Assembly (NCBI RefSeq): GCF_041146345.1
Contig: NW_027191404.1
Span: 1,488,001-1,552,000 of the forward strand
Origin: Neodothiora populina
Taxonomy: Eukaryota
DNA: 64,000 nt
Reading direction: 5' to 3'
Below the pieces are notes generated by a model that was not told the origin of the DNA, made no database searches, and was given only the letters and a program-made list of their open reading frames with translations. The position numbers were made by a program, and so were the translations under genes. Below are positions 57,642 to 64,000 of this stretch, one piece after another. Numbering within the stretch: position 1 is the first letter of the stretch; every line of letters starts with the position of its first letter.

Positions 57642-59651
57642 ATGTCGATCAAGCCAGGTTGGTATCACGATAAATACAACCACGTTATCTCGACAGCGAC
57701 TGACACCATTGAACAGATGGCATCTGGGCCGCAGGTTCGAGCTACCCAACTATACACCCATCCGCCCCCATAGTACTCACAACACGACAGCGCCGACTAC
57801 AACTAGAGGCTCGTCAACTCCTCTGTCTTCCGACGCGAAAGGAGAGCGTATAGCTTATGCATCCAACAAGTCCATCTTCGTCCGCTCCATCGACAACCCA
57901 GAGGTCGCCACGCAGTATACTGCTCACACGGCTCAAACCACAGTAGCCCGCTTCTCGCCTTCGGGCTTCTACATTGCTAGTGGAGATGTCACTGGAAGCG
58001 TAAGAGTCTGGGATTGTGTTGGAGAGGGTGCCACCAGAGGTACGGTCATGCATAGTGGTGGATCCAGAGACATGGAATTGACAGAAAGTCAGGAGAATAC
58101 CACATCATCGCCGGCCGCATCAACGATATTGCTTGGGATGGTGATTCTCAGCGCATCATCGCTGTCGGCGACGGCAAGGAACGCTTCGGTCACTGTATCA
58201 CAGCGGACAGCGGAAACAGCGTAGGCGAAATCTCCGGCCACAGCTCTCAGATCAATTGCGTGTCCATTAGGCAGCAGCGTCCCCTCCGCGCCGCAACCGG
58301 ATCTGATGACACTAGCATGGTCTTCTATCACGGTGCACCTTTCAAGTTCAACACGAGCTTGCGAGGAAAGCACGACAAGTTCATCTATGGCACCGCCTTC
58401 AGCCCCGATGGAGCTCATCTGGTCAGTGTAGGAAGTGACCGGCGCATTTGGTTGTACGACGGTAAGACCGGCGAAGCAACGACTCAGATCGGCGAGCGCG
58501 AGCACAAGGGCAGCATCTTCGGAGTAGCATGGGCAAAGGACTCGAAACGATTCGTCACTGCCAGCGCAGATCAGACTGTCAAGATCTGGGATGTGGATTC
58601 TGGCAAGTGCGTTCAGAGCTGGCGCATGGGAGAAGAAGGAGTTGTGAGCATTCCCAACCAACAGGTGGGCGTGACCTGGCCTCATGGGCGTGACGATGGT
58701 CTTATCATCAGTATTGATCTGGACGGCAATCTCAATTACCTCATGGAGGGCAAGGACAAGCCCGTCAGAGTCGTCAGGGGTCATCAGAGGGCTATCACTG
58801 CTGCAGGGTTCAGCGAGAGCAACAAGACTCTCTGGACAGGAAGCTATGACGGTCGTGTCTCTGCTTGGGACATATCTGCAGGGTCTGCCGATCAGGTGGA
58901 CGGCGAATCGCCCAAGAACTACATTAGCGGCTTCGCTACATCGGAGTCGGATGGTCGCATTCACACTGTGTCTTGGGATGACACTCTGCGCACGATTGAT
59001 GCATCTACCAAGTCCTTTACAGGCTCCCTAGCGAAGACAGAGGGCCAGCCTAAAGCAGTCGCAGTAGCGTCGACCGGCAAACCAATCACGCTCGTCGCCA
59101 CTCCATCCGCCATCATTATCTATGGCGATGGCGAGCAAGTGGGCTCTGAAGCTGTCAGGTTCACGCCGGCATGTATCGCTGCAAAGGAGAACGTCGTTGC
59201 TGTGGGTGGTGAGGACAAGATCGTCCGAATCTACACCATCTCAGGGTCAACGCTCTCACTCGCAAGTGAGATCACGGACCCCACAGCTGCCGTCTCTACC
59301 CTTGCCTTCTCTGCTAAGAGCGGGCGGCTGGCAGTCGGTCTTAGCAACGGCAAGATCTTTGTTTACACTTCATCTTCGCCTTCTGAGTGGACATTGACGA
59401 CCAATCGATGGTCTGCTCACACCGCACGTGTAACATGCATCTCCTGGAGTCCCGACGGCGAGAAGGCTGCAAGTGGTGGTCTCGACACCAACGTCTTCGT
59501 GTGGAGTATCACTGACCCAGGAAAGCGGATCAAGGTGCTGAACGCCCACAAGGATGGCGTCGGCGGTATTGTTTGGGCCGAGGAGACCAAGGTCATCAGT
59601 TGCGGTGCCGATGCTGCGGTAAAGTGCTGGAAAGTAGAGGGAGTGCAATAG
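57642..59651 (+). CDS. AIP1: Actin-interacting protein 1 (WDR1), WD40 double propeller; exons 57642-57657, 57717-57734, 57791-58039, 58093-59651
   Basis: IWAAAPTTTRG, ARFSPSGFYIASGD, DIAWDGDSQRIIAVGDG, GEISGHS..IN..SIRQQRPLRAATGSDD, GAPFKF and RWSAHTARV. Confidence 0.93.
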
Positions 59652-59805
59652 ATGTCGAATTTGGTATGCTACAGCGATGCGATTTCACATGAACAGCAAA
59701 GGTGATGGTCGCCTTCTCCTCCTCGTACCTTAGTAAGGTTCGACTTACCAGCGACCCTGCGAGTGCACACACAACACAAGGGTGATGATACAGGTATTGG
59801 ACGCT

Positions 59806-60404
59806 CTTATCGTGTGTGTCCGAGTACCTACTGTAAGCTGCCCGTAACGTACCGAATTCATTACCTCAGGCTGAGTCTTTCGCCTGTACTTTCCCCATTC
59901 GGAAGGTGGCGATAATGTGACACGGCGGGGCATGTTGGTCTATCCCCATACTTAGCACTGGGGGTTACCTCAGGCAATTGGTTCAATCATGACTCGGTTT
60001 AGAGTCGTGTTCGTGGTGAGCTGCCCACTTGACTATCTTAGCAGTTGGACAGAAATCTCCGCCGGAGAGTTCCAATCTGGAAGCTTGATGCGAAGATATA
60101 GTGTGTGCCAAACACGCGTTGGCCGTATATCGTACTCCATGCTCCAATGTGGTAATCCAGAACGATCATCGTTGAGGGATCCATGCTCGCCATCGCCATC
60201 CCACTTCGCCTCGGCTTATCAATCCGATAAAGCCATGATAAAGCTATACAACAGGAAATAAAGTTCATCACATGTGTATCAAGGGTTCGCCGACCGGCGC
60301 ATTTGTCTTACCGTAGGTAATCGTTATTCGAGTAAGATAAAACATACGCAGCGTGCACCTGCTTCTGATTCCGTCTTGTTTTATCTCTTTCTCATACACT
60401 ATCT
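59806..60404. promoter_or_regulatory. Cluster of 9 HGATAR (GATA-factor, AreA/Nit2-type) sites upstream of the amine oxidase
   Basis: Sites near 59807, 59910, 60033, 60216, 60225, 60236, 60335, 60381 and 60399. About 2 would be expected by chance in 600 bp at uniform composition. Confidence 0.55.
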
Positions 60405-60459
60405 GCTTACTTTCCTCCCTCGATTCTGCACTGTTGCTGATCTGAGTTGCCCCTTCACA

Positions 60460-62605
60460 ATGTCCCTCCAATCCTCTTCCCTACCAGTCCGGACTGGCAA
60501 GACTACAGTTTCACACCCGTTTGCGCCGCTGTCGCGAGAGGAGATCTCGGCTGCTGCTGCATTGGTCCAGAGCCAATGGCCTGCAAACACCGAGCTGCAG
60601 TACAAGGCTGTGACTCTAGATGAGCCTGCAAAGGCAGAGGCTGTGCCCTACTTGACTGCCACCCGCCGGGGAGAGACGCCGAAGAGCATAGACAGGAAGG
60701 CCTTTGTCAATTACTACATCCGCAAGACCAACAAGTTCCACGAGGCGGTCGTCAACCTCTCCGCTCAGACAGTCGAACGCAACGTGCGATTGGGAGCCAA
60801 TGTCCACTCTCCGGGAGACGGTGAAGAGATTCTGGAAATCGAGAAGCTTGCGTTGGAGGACCCCGAGGTAGCAGCAGAGATCAAGAAGTTACAACTCCCA
60901 GAGGGATCCGTGGTCATCTGCGATCCTTGGATCTACGGATCTGACGGTGTTGGTGACGATGACCGTATGTACCAGTGCTTCCTCTACATGCGTGATCCCG
61001 CAAACCCCACTGAGGCCGACTCGAACCACTACGCCCATCCTCTCGCCATCTCGCCCGTCATCAGCGCCGACAGTCTGAAGCTCGTCCGCATCGATCTTCT
61101 CCCTACTGGCAAGGACCTCACCGTCAAGCCCACCCAGGCATACAAGGCATACCCAGCGAACGAATATATCCCTGAGGCCCACAAGCTACGTACAGACCTT
61201 AAGCCGCTGCAGGTTGTCCAGCCAGAGGGTGCTAGTTTCAAGATCACCACCAAGGATGGTCTCAGTCTTGTGCAATGGCAGAAGTTCGAGTTCAAGGTCG
61301 GCTTCAACCAGCGTGAAGGAATGGTGCTCTACGACGTTCACTACGACAACCGCAGCTTGTTCTACCGACTCAGTCTTTCTGACATGAACATCCCCTACGC
61401 TGATCCCCGACATCCCTACCACAAGAAGGCTGCCTTCGATCTCGGCGATGTTGGTGCAGGAGTCATGGCAAATGACCTCAAGCTTGGCTGCGACTGTCTA
61501 GGATCCATTCAATACCTTTCAGGCCTTGTGCCCAACGACAAGGGCGAGCCCGTCGAGATGCCCAACTGCATCTGTGTCCATGAGCAGGACGCAGGCATCG
61601 GTTGGAAGCACACAAACTACCGAACCGGCAGAGCTGCAGTCGTGCGAAGCCGCGAGCTGGTGCTTCAGTCCATCATCACTGTGGCCAACTACGAGTACAT
61701 TTTGGCATTCATGTTCAACCAAGCTGGAGAGGTCATCTACGAGGTTCGCGCCACTGGCATCCTGTCTACACAACCCATTGACGAGGGACTCGACGTTCCT
61801 TGGGGCACTGTGGTGCACCCGGGTGTGCTGGCAGCTCACCATCAGCACATCTTCTCGCTTCGTGTTGATCCCGCTCTTGAAGGCCATGAGAACCGTCTCG
61901 TGTACGACGAGGCACTCCCCATGCCCCGTAGCGAATTCAACCCACACGGAACCGGATATTACACCGAGGAGACCGTCGTGGCACAATCTGGTGGCTACGA
62001 CTTGGACTTTGACAAGAACAGAACCTTCAAGATTCAAAATGTCAATGTTCGCAACCCCATCAACGGCAAGCCGGTCGCCTACAAGATCCACGCGCCACCT
62101 TTCCAGAAGGGTCTCGCAGACAAGGACAGCTTTACACACAAGCGTGCAGAGTTCTCCGACCGCAACATTTACGCTGTCAAGCACAGAGATGGTGAGCTGT
62201 ATGCTGGCGGCAGATACACCAACCAATCTAGAGGTAACGCGGGTGTCAGAACTTGGTCGGAGAGGAAGGAGAAGATTGTCGACGATGATCTTGTTGTCTA
62301 TGTCCAATTTGGTATCAACCACGTCCCTCGTATCGAGGACTTCCCAGGTAAGTGACCCGAAAGCTCGTGTCTTGCAAACATCTCTAACCTTGCTCGCTGT
62401 AGTCATGCCTTGTGAGATCATCAAGGTCTCCATGAAGCCGGTCAACTTCTTCGACAAGAACCCTGCGCTCGACGTTCCTCCCAGCACACAGGAATTCAAC
62501 AAGAGCACGCTGATCAGCGAGACGCATCATCAATCTAGTGTCGAGGGTGTCGTCAGCAGTTCGGGGGACGTCTGCTGCAACACCACGCCGTCTAGCAAGC
62601 TATAG
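60460..62605 (+). CDS. Copper-containing (TPQ) amine oxidase, probably peroxisomal (intron 62348-62402)
   Basis: TVANYEY topaquinone motif, HQH and NHVPRIEDFPVMP copper ligands, LGCDCLG, and a C-terminal SKL (PTS1). Confidence 0.96.
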
Positions 62606-64000
62606 AAACAAAAGAGAGGATTAGATTACCAAGCCTGGGCATACTCCACTATTTTGATGGACAAAATGGCCGAGATTGTATTCCCGAATGGGAAACCCGG
62701 GAAACGTTGCGTGCATTTCATTACTGTACGTGGCTCGGACTGCCGCGTGTAAAATGCGCCCCTTGCAAGATAAGCAGGACCATGGATGGAAGATTTCATG
62801 TATGTAGAGTGAACATATTTAGACCGAGAAGGAATCCATATTGACGATATTTGTCTTTATGTAGAGAGCTACCATCAATGACGATTAATGCCCAAAAGAT
62901 CTCGAGCGCGCAATGACCTTCACAAGGTATATGCTTCATGTACGAGCAATAAGGAAGCTGCTCCTTTGCACGACGACACTGCAACTTTGGTCTTGATCCT
63001 GTGATCGAATGACAAAGATGCATAACTACCTTATCTGACTTGCTTTGCTTTGGTCGAGTCAATGGCTTTGCTTCCTGTTCTGCCCGATCCCAGTTCTTTT
63101 AATCTATACCACAGCCAGAATCCCAGTGGCTTGCCTTGTTCTTCTTCTAGCATGCGCCTCGTCCAAGCCATCATGCAGTGTCTCAGAGGATTGTCGTCCT
63201 GGGCTGCTACAGCACTCAGCAGCAGCCTACCGCCTACCCTCGCCACCCTTGGCCACCAACCGATGGGGCCAATGAATGACTCGTTGGCTTTTCTTTGCAT
63301 TTCATTTTCAGCTATACATGCATCTGCTTAAAATCGATTCTATCATGAGAACAACGACTTTCTACTGGCCAGTGCACCATCAATCTCACACGGGTCATGC
63401 CTGGCGTGTCTTTTCCGGCCGAAGGAAAAACCCCACGGCGGAGGTACTTCCATCTGCAAGCGACCGTAACCCAAGATTTCGCAACCGCATACGAGCTTAA
63501 CCCTGGTTTATGCACAGATTTGAGCGGGTGAGGGCAATCTCGAGGCCCTTTCATTTTCAGCAAGCCATTTGTTGACTGCATCGCTGACCGCGTAGGTGAT
63601 CTCTCGATGGATACTGACGAGTCATTGACTCGATTCGATATATGCGCGTGCAGTTCAACTGTCTGCACACCTGTTTCGGGAATTGTCACAGTCGGGAGAG
63701 AGCCATATCCAGAAAAGCTTATGCAGGCCCCCGATATCCGAATACCAGAAAAGCTCCACCTTTTGACATGCACTTGTAGAAAACAAGCCACTATCACCAC
63801 ATTGCATTGGGCGAGAGATGTTGTAGCAAGACCCATGTTTCATCTGTCTCCTACACACCGGTCTATACCCGGAACCACGGTAGCGACGGCGATGCAGTGA
63901 GTCGTGCTCATAGTCGTCCAGATTACGACACGATCAATGCAGGGCAAGCCACCGTGGCGGCAACCTGCTTGTCTGACACACGGTCTATTGTAAACCACGG

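Noticed and set aside
62348..62355. Intron-retained amine oxidase ending EDFPGK, lacking SKL
   Set aside because: It truncates the conserved EDFPVMP...NFF..NPALD region. This is an ORF-track artefact of the intron.
62796..64000. ORFs at the right edge (63031-63300, 63312-63836)
   Set aside because: No recognisable motifs, codon bias or convincing splice model.
1..64000. Transposons, RIP-degraded repeats, CRISPR, rRNA/tRNA, PKS/NRPS/RiPP tailoring cluster
   Set aside because: No transposase or RT ORFs, terminal repeats, AT-rich blocks, repeat-spacer arrays or biosynthetic core genes were seen.

Overview
Eukaryotic fungal genomic DNA: gene-dense, with short GT-AG spliceosomal introns and CTRAY branch sites. 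Gene architecture points to a filamentous ascomycete (Pezizomycotina, possibly a Dothideomycete; this is inference). I support about 20 protein-coding genes, mostly housekeeping: mitochondrial SHMT, Gfo/Idh/MocA oxidoreductase, Cns1/TTC4, Num1/ApsA-like PH protein, SF3b p14, Jhd1 JmjC demethylase, Prp6, SAM synthetase, histidine phosphatase, GlcG/HbpS protein, RED, an ACS-type MFS transporter, Cft2/CPSF100, Prp2/DHX16, Aip1 and a peroxisomal copper amine oxidase, plus several orphan genes. I found no rRNA, tRNA, transposon, CRISPR array or secondary-metabolite cluster. The most notable observations are: (1) an orphan secreted, Cys-free precursor with Kex2 sites and PTG/Phe repeats, lying behind a ~5.8 kb gene-poor region; (2) a 1-nt frameshift in the normally essential SAM synthetase, most likely an assembly error; (3) five pre-mRNA processing genes within ~34 kb; (4) a recurring TACCT/AGGTA palindromic intergenic motif; (5) a bacterial-looking intronless oxidoreductase. 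All family assignments are by recognition of motifs; no database search was run.
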